From the NCBI GenBank assembly GCA_002726235.1, contig PBSN01000008.1, positions 66,088 to 130,087 of the forward strand: 64,000 bases of DNA. The letters are read 5' to 3'. Source of the stretch: Nitrospiraceae bacterium. GTDB taxonomy: Bacteria; Nitrospirota; Nitrospiria; Nitrospirales; UBA2166. Of the stretch, positions 21,403-30,360 are shown piece by piece. The translations under genes were made by a program, and so were the position numbers. Position 1 is the stretch's first letter. Each line of letters starts with the position of its first letter. The notes under the pieces are model-generated. The model ran no database searches. It saw nothing but the letters and a program-made list of their open reading frames with translations, and was not told where the DNA came from.

Positions 21403-21621
21403 GTGCGGCGTTATCCTTGGAGCTACTGCATGTTCCTGTGTACAGGAGCGGGGTGGTTGTCCATATACGTTAAGGTTCCTTTTGACATGAGTAGCCTACC
21501 TCCTGGTGATACTTTAAGTCTGATAGGTGCTGGGATCGTACTTGTGGTTGCGGTTGGAGGAGTGGCACTGACACCCATTGTGTTTATGTTTGAGTTTGCT
21601 TCCGGCCGCAACGAGGACTAA
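21403..21621 (+). CDS. Small hypothetical membrane protein (72 aa)
   Basis: Strong SD AAGGAGG 7 nt before GTG; two hydrophobic segments. Confidence 0.45.
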   Translation: MRRYPWSYCMFLCTGAGWLSIYVKVPFDMSSLPPGDTLSLIGAGIVLVVAVGGVALTPIVFMFEFASGRNED

Positions 21622-21942
21622 TCCGCAATAATGAGGATTAAGGATAAAGTAAAGGTAATGGGAGCCACTTAGCACGCGTCATTCTACACTACGGAGATTT
21701 GCGACAAGTGGAAGCTCCTGGAAGTTTTATTGGCTACTATGTACAGAATGGAACTCTATGGCGTTTGACGCTATTACCTATCCCTCGTTCCAGATTATCG
21801 CTCCCAGTGACTGTGCAATCACATTTCTGGAAATTGTAACACGATCCGTATCGCCATAGGACGTGGAATTTTTGCATGTTACTCTCAAAAAGCATTGCTG
21901 TTTGCTGACTTTTGACTCGCGACTCTTGATATCGGTTTCCTG

Positions 21943-23058
21943 ATGTCTGGTAATACGATTGGAAAGATCTTCACTGTGACCACTTTTGGCGAGAGTCACG
22001 GGTTGGCTCTCGGCTGTATTGTGGATGGCTGTCCCCCAGGGATTGAACTTTCTGCCGGGGATATCCAGCCAGATCTTGATCGACGGAAACCAGGCCAGAA
22101 CATTTATCAGAGCCAACGCCGCGAATCCGACGTGGTGAAAATTTTATCCGGTGTCTTTGAGGGCAAAACGACTGGAACATCGCTTGGCCTGATCATTGAA
22201 AATACAGATGCCAGATCCTCGGATTACGATGAACTGGAACAGAAGTTTCGTCCTGGTCATGCGGATTATACTTATCAACAAAAATATGGCATTCGCGATC
22301 ATCGTGGGGGAGGGCGTGCTTCTGCCCGTGAAACAGCCATGCGGGTTGCCGCAGGAGCGATTGCTAAAAAGTATTTGAAGGAAAAACTTGGAATTAAAAT
22401 TCGTGGATATGTCGCGCAGGTTGGATCCATTGGTTTTGAACATTTTGATTGGGACGAGGTTAATCGGAACGATTTCTTCTTTCCAGATCGCCAGAAGATT
22501 GAAGCACTGGCTACCCTCATTAACGATTTACGCAAGGAAGGGAATTCGGTTGGTGCGAAAGTAACGGTTGTTGCGGAAGGCGTACCGCCAGGACTTGGCG
22601 AACCCGTCTTTGACAAACTGGATGCCGACATTGCGTATGCGATGATGGGTATCAATGCCGTCAAAGGTGTTGAGATGGGTGCAGGTTGCTGTTCGGTTGC
22701 GCAGAAAGGCACTGACCATCGTGATGAAATGACGCAAGAAGGGTTTCTGTCCAATTATGCTGGGGGAACCCTGGGTGGGGTTTCTTCGGGGCAGCCTATC
22801 GTGACGCATGTGTCGTTTAAGCCAACGTCGAGTATTCGACTACCCGGACGCACGGTTGATCGTGATGGTCATGATACTACCATTGTCACTACAGGGAGGC
22901 ATGATCCTTGTGTTGGGATTCGTGGAACACCGATTGTCGAGGCTATGTTGGCGTTGGTGCTCATGGATCACGTGTTGCGACATCGCGCTCAGAATTTTGA
23001 TGTGCAGCAACGCACTCCCATCATTCCGGCAGGTTCTGGCGGGAATGTGATGTCCTAA
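21943..23058 (+). CDS. aroC: Chorismate synthase
   Basis: [38 protein letters not shown]. Confidence 0.98.
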   Translation: MSGNTIGKIFTVTTFGESHGLALGCIVDGCPPGIELSAGDIQPDLDRRKPGQNIYQSQRRESDVVKILSGVFEGKTTGTSLGLIIENTDARSSDYDELEQKFRPGHADYTYQQKYGIRDHRGGGRASARETAMRVAAGAIAKKYLKEKLGIKIRGYVAQVGSIGFEHFDWDEVNRNDFFFPDRQKIEALATLINDLRKEGNSVGAKVTVVAEGVPPGLGEPVFDKLDADIAYAMMGINAVKGVEMGAGCCSVAQKGTDHRDEMTQEGFLSNYAGGTLGGVSSGQPIVTHVSFKPTSSIRLPGRTVDRDGHDTTIVTTGRHDPCVGIRGTPIVEAMLALVLMDHVLRHRAQNFDVQQRTPIIPAGSGGNVMS

Positions 23059-23134
23059 CGGCTTTTTCATTTCGTAATGGCCGGCGTTAGACGGGCTNCG
23101 CAACCACAATTAGGAAGAAGAGGGATCATCGCAG

Positions 23135-23875
23135 ATGAGGGCTATATTATTAAGTGCGGGCCAGGGACGTCGCCTGCTTCCCCTTACGGAGCGGGTGCCT
23201 AAATGCATGCTCGAGATCCATGGACGATCTGTGTTGGAGTGGCAGCTGGGGGAATTTGCCAAATGTGGGATTGATGATGTCACGGTGGCAGTTGGGTTTG
23301 GTGCGGAACACGTCGAACAGTTTTTAAAAACGCAGTCGATCATTCCTCGTGTGAGAACGGCATACAATCCGTTTTTTGGCATCGCGGATAATTTAGTGAC
23401 GTGTTGGGTTGCGCGAACAGAAATGGACAAAGACTTTCTTCTCGTAAACGGCGATACGGTTTTTGAGGCTCAGGTACTGGACTGTGTGCTGAATGCGCCA
23501 GCTCGGCCGGTCATGATGGTGACAGATCACAAGCCCACTTATGATGCCGATGATATGAAGGTGATAGTAAGTGGAGAGCGTTTGGTCAGAGTTGGGAAGA
23601 ATATTTCACCGGAACGGGCCGATGGAGAATCAATTGGGATGTTACTGTTTCGAGAAGATGGTCCGGTGTTGTTCCAGCAGGCGATTGAGCGTGCGATACG
23701 GACACCGCAGGCACTCAAACAGTGGTATTTGTCGGTGATTGATGATATGGCGCAATCCGGGTTGGTGTGGACGTGTTCTATTCAGGGCCTTCAGTGGGCA
23801 GAGATTGATTGTGCTGAGGATCTTGAGCAGGCCGAAACGACCGTGCAATGTCTTGAACCAGTGCCCAATCGCTGA
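23135..23875 (+). CDS. Phosphocholine cytidylyltransferase-family NTP transferase (LicC-like)
   Basis: LLSAGQGRRL..PKC, NGDTVF, DDMKV, GESIG, WAEIDCAEDL. Confidence 0.85.
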   Translation: MRAILLSAGQGRRLLPLTERVPKCMLEIHGRSVLEWQLGEFAKCGIDDVTVAVGFGAEHVEQFLKTQSIIPRVRTAYNPFFGIADNLVTCWVARTEMDKDFLLVNGDTVFEAQVLDCVLNAPARPVMMVTDHKPTYDADDMKVIVSGERLVRVGKNISPERADGESIGMLLFREDGPVLFQQAIERAIRTPQALKQWYLSVIDDMAQSGLVWTCSIQGLQWAEIDCAEDLEQAETTVQCLEPVPNR

Positions 23876-24620
23876 CGGTATCCACGTCTAGTGCAGCTTC
23901 CGGAAATGGGAGTTCTATGGCGTGTACTGTCAGTCCAATTTTATGGGATAAACGTGCGAGTGTATGTGTCAGTGACAGCCTTCCAAGAAAATATTGAAAT
24001 ACCGTCCTCCAGCCCAAGATTCCAATGATGCGTATAGGGTTTTTTCGATGACGTTCCACCCGACGCCAAAATTTTGCGGCATCGCGACCTTGCGGCGTGA
24101 GAAACGCAAAGAGGTTACAACCGCAATAGGCTCCATCTTGTAGTTGAACCGCAGTCCGTCGTGTAGTGGGAAATGCCGTCTGAACGATGTTGTGACGTGC
24201 AATACCCACGGCAATATCACCACTCGTCGCAGCTGCCGCATCACAAAATGTGTCTATCAATGTGGGATGAATCAGCGCATGGTCAGCGGTTGTGAGAAGA
24301 ATAGGATTCTCACGATCTACAGATGCCATGGCATGATATGCACTTAAGCTTGGCGTCGCTTGAGGTTGAATCCATCGAATCTGCCCGGACAGTACGCGAT
24401 TGGCAAGTGTTTTGTCGTGACTGATTGCCGGCCATTCTGGGCCGCACAGAATGCTAGCTTCGATGGAATGGGATGAAGCAAGCGCGTTGAGCACACGGAC
24501 AACCATTGGCGTACCGTCAATAGGCGTGAGAGCTTTGCATAGAACGTTGGCGGATGCGGCAACTGGATCATGTGGGTTGCGGTCGCCTGCGAGTACGACG
24601 GCGGTAAATCTTCGTGGCAC
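23778..24620 (-). CDS. MobA-like nucleotidyltransferase (NTP_transf_3)
   Basis: AVVLAG, CKAL, LTTADHAL, YCGCNLF, ALDVDTVSDW. Confidence 0.82.
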   Translation of the reverse strand: MPRRFTAVVLAGDRNPHDPVAASANVLCKALTPIDGTPMVVRVLNALASSHSIEASILCGPEWPAISHDKTLANRVLSGQIRWIQPQATPSLSAYHAMASVDRENPILLTTADHALIHPTLIDTFCDAAAATSGDIAVGIARHNIVQTAFPTTRRTAVQLQDGAYCGCNLFAFLTPQGRDAAKFWRRVERHRKNPIRIIGILGWRTVFQYFLGRLSLTHTLARLSHKIGLTVHAIELPFPEAALDVDTVSDWALVQDIARSFRPAQDPQHNQSLPTEGPE

Positions 24621-24623
24621 GCT

Positions 24624-25760
24624 TCAGAGTTCTTTCTGGTAGATTCGGTATTGTTTATATGGGGTTCCACCCAATGAGTGAAGGATATTCCGCATTCCAT
24701 GATTGTCTTCAAGGATCCATGATAGTTCGACTTCTTGGATGCTACGTTTGAGTCCGGGATTGCGGACGGCATCAATCACCATAAAGGCCAGCGCAGTCCC
24801 AAGAAGACTGCGCTGGTAGCGTTTGCGCACTCCCATGAGTGGAATTCTCGCGGTTTTGGGATGTGTTGCCTTGAGCCTCCACAAAAGTTTGATCCATCCG
24901 AAAGGAAAGAGCCGACCATTCAGATCACGAATTGCCTCGTTGACATTAGGGAAGACAACAATCATTGCTGCGGGAATACCATCGACCTCAGCGATTTGAA
25001 TCAAGTCATCGGCGACAAGGTACTTAAGGCTTCGTGCAAGGTGGGAAAACTCTGTTTCAGTAAAAGGAATATATCCCCAGTTATCTGCCCATGCGTCATT
25101 AAAGATGTCTTGCAGAATGGAGATGTCTCGTTTGAAATTCGATCGCTGTAATGGGCGCACGGTGATTCGTTCAGCAGTCCGTGCTGCGATGAGTTGCATC
25201 ACCGGCGGTGGGGTAAAGGTGGCATCAATACGGTATGCCAAGGTGTCCTTCACTTTGCGGTAACCTAAACTTTCTAACTGCGGGGAATAATATCGAGGTG
25301 CATGACCCATCATTACCATCGGGGGATACTCAAACCCATCAACGAGTAATCCACATTCCTGGTTGATAGAAAGGTTGAACGGTCCGCGTATGTACCGCAT
25401 GCCTTGACTACGTAGCCAGGTTTCTGCTGTTGTGAACAGTGTTTTAAAGACCTCAGCGTTATCTTCAGCCTCAATCATCCCAAAGAACCCAGTCAAGTCT
25501 TGATATCGTTCCAAGTGCAGTTTGTCTATTTGTGCACTGATGCGACCGACGGCTGTTTCATTCTGGTATGCGAGCCAAAACTTGGCACGCGCATGTGCGA
25601 AGTAGGGATTGCGTTGAGAGAGTTGCTCTTGGCGCTCAAGGAACAATGGAGGAATCCATATCGGATCATTGGAATATATTAACCATGGCAAGCGAATAAA
25701 ATCTCGACGTAAACGTCGATTTGTCACGGGGATAACGCGTATCTGTTCCATTGAATCCAT
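24624..25760 (-). CDS. YghO-like GNAT acyltransferase, bacterial ceramide synthase (bCerS) family
   Basis: FIRLPW..Y..DP.WIPPL, NPYF, GRISA, RGPFNLSINQECGLLVDGF, FNDAWADNWG, ELSWILEDN; start set at ATG 25760. Confidence 0.8.
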   Translation of the reverse strand: MDSMEQIRVIPVTNRRLRRDFIRLPWLIYSNDPIWIPPLFLERQEQLSQRNPYFAHARAKFWLAYQNETAVGRISAQIDKLHLERYQDLTGFFGMIEAEDNAEVFKTLFTTAETWLRSQGMRYIRGPFNLSINQECGLLVDGFEYPPMVMMGHAPRYYSPQLESLGYRKVKDTLAYRIDATFTPPPVMQLIAARTAERITVRPLQRSNFKRDISILQDIFNDAWADNWGYIPFTETEFSHLARSLKYLVADDLIQIAEVDGIPAAMIVVFPNVNEAIRDLNGRLFPFGWIKLLWRLKATHPKTARIPLMGVRKRYQRSLLGTALAFMVIDAVRNPGLKRSIQEVELSWILEDNHGMRNILHSLGGTPYKQYRIYQKEL

Positions 25761-26261
25761 GTCCAACCTGCCTGAGGTGGAAATTGTAGGACATTCTTTC
25801 GTGTGTCTCAAGGGATTAACTATGTGTGCCTTCCAGAAAAGTTTGTCTTCCCATGGCTTGTGCACATCAGATTGGATAAGCGGTGGGTGTATCTGCAGAG
25901 AGGGAACATCATCTGTGTCCATCGGTGGAGCGCCTTATCTTTTGCGATACTCCATACATGCCTGTGATTTTTGTGAGGTGGATTGTAAACCGTCAGATTT
26001 GCGAGCTGTTTTCGAGACCTAGTTGGAACGCATGTGGCCATTGGCGCGAGTGTAGCAGACGGTTCTTTCTACCGCGCAAANGATTTGGTTGAGTCAGATC
26101 AATAGGTACAGTGGTAATCTCGATCGTAAACGATAGGGTGATCCATAAGAAGTGCCCGTATGTATTTTAGTTGAAAGGGATGATCCTCTCGGATCAATTC
26201 ATCCTGATTTTGGCCTGAGAGGTCGAAGCTTTGAGGTGTCAGTGGCTCTTCGCAATGTGGT

Positions 26262-26290
26262 TTGACTTTCATGGGCCAAGCCGTTAGAGT
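26262..26290 (+). promoter_or_regulatory. Sigma70-type promoter for uppS operon
   Basis: TTGACT-17 nt-TAGAGT, 25 nt upstream of the uppS ATG. Confidence 0.55.
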
Positions 26291-26315
26291 CCGCTCAATT
26301 ACACGCTAATTGGAC

Positions 26316-27122
26316 ATGTCTACGCTCGATATCACCGTGCTTGACCAGTATTCCACTGAAGAGTTATTGACTCGCTTAGACCACGGCCGGCTTCCTCGCC
26401 ACGTGGCTGTGATTATGGATGGGAATGGGCGGTGGGCAAAATCGCGATATATGCCACGGATTGCTGGTCACTACGAAGGTATGAAGTCGGTTCGAGAGGT
26501 GGTCACTGCCTGTCGGGAAATCGGAATTCAGGCGCTGACGCTTTATGCATTTTCGCAAGAGAATTGGAAGCGGCCTCCCGAAGAAATCGGGTTGCTCATG
26601 AAACTTATGGAGGGGTACCTCAAGAGTGAACTTGATCTTCTCTTGGAACAGGATATTCGGTTCATGACCATTGGTCGACCAGAACTTCTTCCAAAGCCGG
26701 TATTACAGTGGATTGAGAAGGTAGAGACGGCAACTCGTGACTGCAACAAAATGATTTTGACAGTCGCGGTTAGCTATGGCGGTCGGGGAGAAATTGTTGA
26801 TGCGATGCGGGCGATTCTTGAGGACTATCAACAGGGCAGTGTTACTATTCAGGATATCGATGAATCTTTGGTCGACCGTTATTTATATACCACAGCACTC
26901 CCTGACTTGGATCTTCTCATCAGAACGAGTGGTGAGGCGAGGATCAGCAATTTCTTATTGTGGCAAGTGGCCTATGCAGAATTGCATTTGACCAAGACCT
27001 TATGGCCAGATTTTCGTCGTCGAGAACTATTGCTCGCGTTGTTAGATTATCAGACGCGGGATCGGCGATTCGGGAGGACCCCACAGCCGGGCCTTGCCCA
27101 AACCATTGGAAAGCCATCATGA
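26316..27122 (+). CDS. uppS: Undecaprenyl diphosphate synthase
   Basis: HVAVIMDGNGRWA, YAFSQENWKR, YGGR, IRTSGEARISNFLLWQ. Confidence 0.97.
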   Translation: MSTLDITVLDQYSTEELLTRLDHGRLPRHVAVIMDGNGRWAKSRYMPRIAGHYEGMKSVREVVTACREIGIQALTLYAFSQENWKRPPEEIGLLMKLMEGYLKSELDLLLEQDIRFMTIGRPELLPKPVLQWIEKVETATRDCNKMILTVAVSYGGRGEIVDAMRAILEDYQQGSVTIQDIDESLVDRYLYTTALPDLDLLIRTSGEARISNFLLWQVAYAELHLTKTLWPDFRRRELLLALLDYQTRDRRFGRTPQPGLAQTIGKPS

Positions 27123-27197
27123 CGTCAGTTGTAGAGGGTGTCCGCGGGTGTGAAACGTTGAGTCCCGAGGAAACAACGCCGCAATGATGTTACAACG

Positions 27198-28061
27198 ATG
27201 GCTGCGTTGAGGTATTTTCCTGACAGGATAAGTGTGCACAGTCGGCGTGTCTATACCGCCGTTGTGTTTCTCCCGTTTTTTTTCGTTCTCGTCCAATATC
27301 TTCACCCTATTGCCTTTCTCGCCTTCGTGCTGGCTGGTATTCTCCTCACGCAGTACGAATATTACCGTTTTCACGCACATAGGGCCTGGTGTGTCCCTTT
27401 GGCTATTGTGGGCTCGTTACTTAGCGTTTGGCTTGGGTTGAGCTTTTATCTCGGGTATCAGGTTCCCATTCCTGTAGGGCTAGCAGGGATTGTCGCGGTT
27501 GTGGGTATTGGATGCTTGCTACCCCGTATTGGGAGCCGTACAAGGGGACTTACTGATCCAATCATCATTCTATTCGGAAGCGCCTACATTGGGTGGATGC
27601 TCAGTCATCTCATTCTTCTGCGTGGGTTCGAGTGTGGGATTGCCTTGATTTTCTTTGTGTTTCTTGTGACGTGGGTATCTGATACCGCGGCGTATTACGT
27701 TGGATCATCGTTTGGTACGCACAAGCTTGCGCCTCAAATTAGCCCTGGAAAAACTATCGAAGGCTCCGTTGGGGGACTTGTGGGTTCGGTCATGATGGTG
27801 GTCATTGCAAAGTTTGGATTTATGCCGTGGCTTGATCTGGAGGATTGCCTTATCGTAGGCTTGCTGTTGGGGAGCGTCGGGCAGGCAGGGGATTTGTTTG
27901 AATCCCGTTTGAAACGCTATGCTGGGGTTAAGGATTCGGGAACAATCTTGCCAGGGCACGGTGGCTTGCTTGATCGAGTTGATAGCCTTATTTTTACCGT
28001 CCCTGTCTTTTATTACTATGTGATGCTGATCAAAGGCGGAACGAAAGAGTTCTGCACGTAG
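27198..28061 (+). CDS. cdsA: Phosphatidate cytidylyltransferase
   Basis: SDTAAY, ISPGKTIEG, GDLFESRLKR..GVKDSG..LPGHGG.LDRVDS. Confidence 0.95.
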   Translation: MAALRYFPDRISVHSRRVYTAVVFLPFFFVLVQYLHPIAFLAFVLAGILLTQYEYYRFHAHRAWCVPLAIVGSLLSVWLGLSFYLGYQVPIPVGLAGIVAVVGIGCLLPRIGSRTRGLTDPIIILFGSAYIGWMLSHLILLRGFECGIALIFFVFLVTWVSDTAAYYVGSSFGTHKLAPQISPGKTIEGSVGGLVGSVMMVVIAKFGFMPWLDLEDCLIVGLLLGSVGQAGDLFESRLKRYAGVKDSGTILPGHGGLLDRVDSLIFTVPVFYYYVMLIKGGTKEFCT

Positions 28062-28078
28062 CGCAACGATATCTTCTC

Positions 28079-29272
28079 ATGAAACACATTGTTATTTTAG
28101 GCTCAACGGGATCAGTTGGCATTTCGGCTCTTGAAGTGCTGGCTTCGTATCCAGACCGGTTTGATGTCTGTGCACTTACAGCGGCGAGGCAGGATGAACG
28201 ATTTGCGGAACAAATTGAGACGTTCCGTCCGAACGTGGCTGCGATGGCGGATGAAAGTGCTGCTAATCGTCTCAGAAGTCGCCCGAACATTGGGGATACC
28301 ACAATCTACTCTGGAGTCGAAGGGCTGGTGCAGGCCGCTACACTTGATCAGGCTGATTTAGTCATCTCAGCCATCGTTGGGGCTGCTGGTTTGGTTCCGA
28401 CGTTGGCTGCGATTCAGGCTGGAAAAAATGTCGCCTTGGCGAACAAGGAGCCGATGGTGATGGCGGGACAGCTTATGAAGCAGGAAACTAGTGCGCATGG
28501 TGTAATGATTTTCCCCGTGGACAGTGAGCACAGTGCGTTGTTTCAATCGATGCAGGGACATCGCAAAGAAGATATTAGGCGACTCATTCTGACTTGTTCA
28601 GGGGGTCCATTTCGGACTTGCACACGTGAGGAAATGCGGCACAAAACGAAAGCCGAAGCGTTAAACCATCCGAATTGGGAGATGGGATCGAAAGTTACTA
28701 TCGATTCGGCAACCCTTATGAATAAAGGGCTTGAGGTTATTGAGGCCCATTGGTTGTTTGGCATCCCATCGTCAAAAATCGAAGTCATCATCCATCCGCA
28801 AAGCATAATTCATTCCATGGTAGAGTATAAAGATGGCTCGATTATTGCGCAGATGGGGATCCCAGATATGAAAATTCCTATCGCCTATGCGCTGAGTTGT
28901 CCTGAGCACATTTCACTTGACCTCCCACGATGTGATCTGTTGAAAGAAGGACCGTTAACTTTCGAAGCACCTGATACGGAGAGGTTCCCTTGTTTGGCCT
29001 TGGCATATCGGGCATTGCAGGTTGGCGGGACGATGCCTGCCGTTCTCAACGCGGCCAATGAAGTCGCTGTGCAGGGATTTTTAGATGATAAGATCAGTTT
29101 TATTGATATTGAAGGCGTGATTGAACGGACCATGGATGCCCATTCGAGGCTAGAATTGGATACGCTTGAAGATGCGCTCAGTGCAGATTCTTGGGCACGT
29201 GAGTGCGCTGGAATGATAGTGCATGATTGTGCTGCTGACAGTGTTGTCATGAGGAGAGGATCGTATGCTTGA
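28079..29272 (+). CDS. dxr: 1-deoxy-D-xylulose 5-phosphate reductoisomerase
   Basis: LGSTGSVG, LANKE, PVDSEH, HPNWEMG.K.TIDSATLMNKGLE. Confidence 0.98.
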   Translation: MKHIVILGSTGSVGISALEVLASYPDRFDVCALTAARQDERFAEQIETFRPNVAAMADESAANRLRSRPNIGDTTIYSGVEGLVQAATLDQADLVISAIVGAAGLVPTLAAIQAGKNVALANKEPMVMAGQLMKQETSAHGVMIFPVDSEHSALFQSMQGHRKEDIRRLILTCSGGPFRTCTREEMRHKTKAEALNHPNWEMGSKVTIDSATLMNKGLEVIEAHWLFGIPSSKIEVIIHPQSIIHSMVEYKDGSIIAQMGIPDMKIPIAYALSCPEHISLDLPRCDLLKEGPLTFEAPDTERFPCLALAYRALQVGGTMPAVLNAANEVAVQGFLDDKISFIDIEGVIERTMDAHSRLELDTLEDALSADSWARECAGMIVHDCAADSVVMRRGSYA

Positions 29273-30347
29273 AGCAGCGGTCTCTTTTATCCTGGTTCTT
29301 GGCGTCTTGATTTTTTTCCATGAACTTGGACATTTTCTTGTCGCGCGCTGGGCAGGGGTAGGCGTGTTGAAGTTCTCTCTCGGATTTGGCCCAAAGCTAT
29401 GGAGTTGGAAAGGTAAAGAAACCGAGTATATGTTGTGTGTGATTCCGCTTGGTGGCTATGTCAAGATGCTGGGTGAGGAAGATGGGGAGGAAGTGCTTGA
29501 AAAGGATAAGGCACGATCCTTTGAGAAACAATCGCTTTCTCGACGAACCGCCATTGTGCTTGCGGGCCCGATTGCCAACTTTCTTCTTGCCTATGGCATC
29601 TTTGCTAGCGTTCTTGCCGTGGGACTTCCGCTTTACGTTCCACAATTTGAAAGCCTGATGCCCATGGTAGATTCCGTGCTCGAGGAGTCCCCCGCGGAGC
29701 GTGGCGGACTCCAAGTTGGCGACAAAATTGTCGCAATCGATGGAACACGGATTGATACTTGGCATGAGATGACAGAAATCGTCATTGAAAACCCAGACCA
29801 TGAACTTACCATTGAGGTTGAACGTGCGGGGGGGCTACTGAACTTGACCGTCACGCCGCGAAGTGTTGAAGCAGTATCACAGGGTGGAGAACCCATCCTT
29901 ATCGGTCAGATTGGGATTACCCGAATGACTGGGGATGTTTCGATTGAGAGCGTGTCACCCGTCTATGCGATTGTTGATGGAGCCTACGCAACATGGCGGT
30001 GGGCGGAGCTCATGGTGGTTGGAATTGTGAAGATCGTGCAGGGTGAGCTTTCCGCAAAGAATATTGGAGGTCCGATCCTCATCGCCGATATGTCTGCACA
30101 AGCGGCGTCGCAAGGATTTCTCAATATCGTACTGTTTGTTGCCCTCATTAGTATTAACCTTGGTATTGTCAATCTGTTACCGGTGCCAGTGCTTGATGGG
30201 GGGCATTTGATGTTCTTTGCCATTGAGGGCATTAGAGGGCGACCGCTCGAAGAGCGGGGACGCGAGATTGCACATCAGGTTGGCCTGTTTCTTCTGCTTT
30301 CTTTGATGACCTTTGCCTTTTATAATGACATCATGCGATATCTTTAA
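29265..30347 (+). CDS. rseP: RIP metalloprotease RseP
   Basis: HELGH, PLGGYVKM, PDZ domain, NLLPVPVLDGG. Confidence 0.96.
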   Translation: MLEAAVSFILVLGVLIFFHELGHFLVARWAGVGVLKFSLGFGPKLWSWKGKETEYMLCVIPLGGYVKMLGEEDGEEVLEKDKARSFEKQSLSRRTAIVLAGPIANFLLAYGIFASVLAVGLPLYVPQFESLMPMVDSVLEESPAERGGLQVGDKIVAIDGTRIDTWHEMTEIVIENPDHELTIEVERAGGLLNLTVTPRSVEAVSQGGEPILIGQIGITRMTGDVSIESVSPVYAIVDGAYATWRWAELMVVGIVKIVQGELSAKNIGGPILIADMSAQAASQGFLNIVLFVALISINLGIVNLLPVPVLDGGHLMFFAIEGIRGRPLEERGREIAHQVGLFLLLSLMTFAFYNDIMRYL

Positions 30348-30360
30348 AGAAGGATACCTT

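Noticed and set aside
27119..27187. 22-codon ORF coupled to the uppS stop as a frameshifted cdsA N-terminus
   Set aside because: cdsA is complete from 27198 and the segment has no recognisable conserved residues
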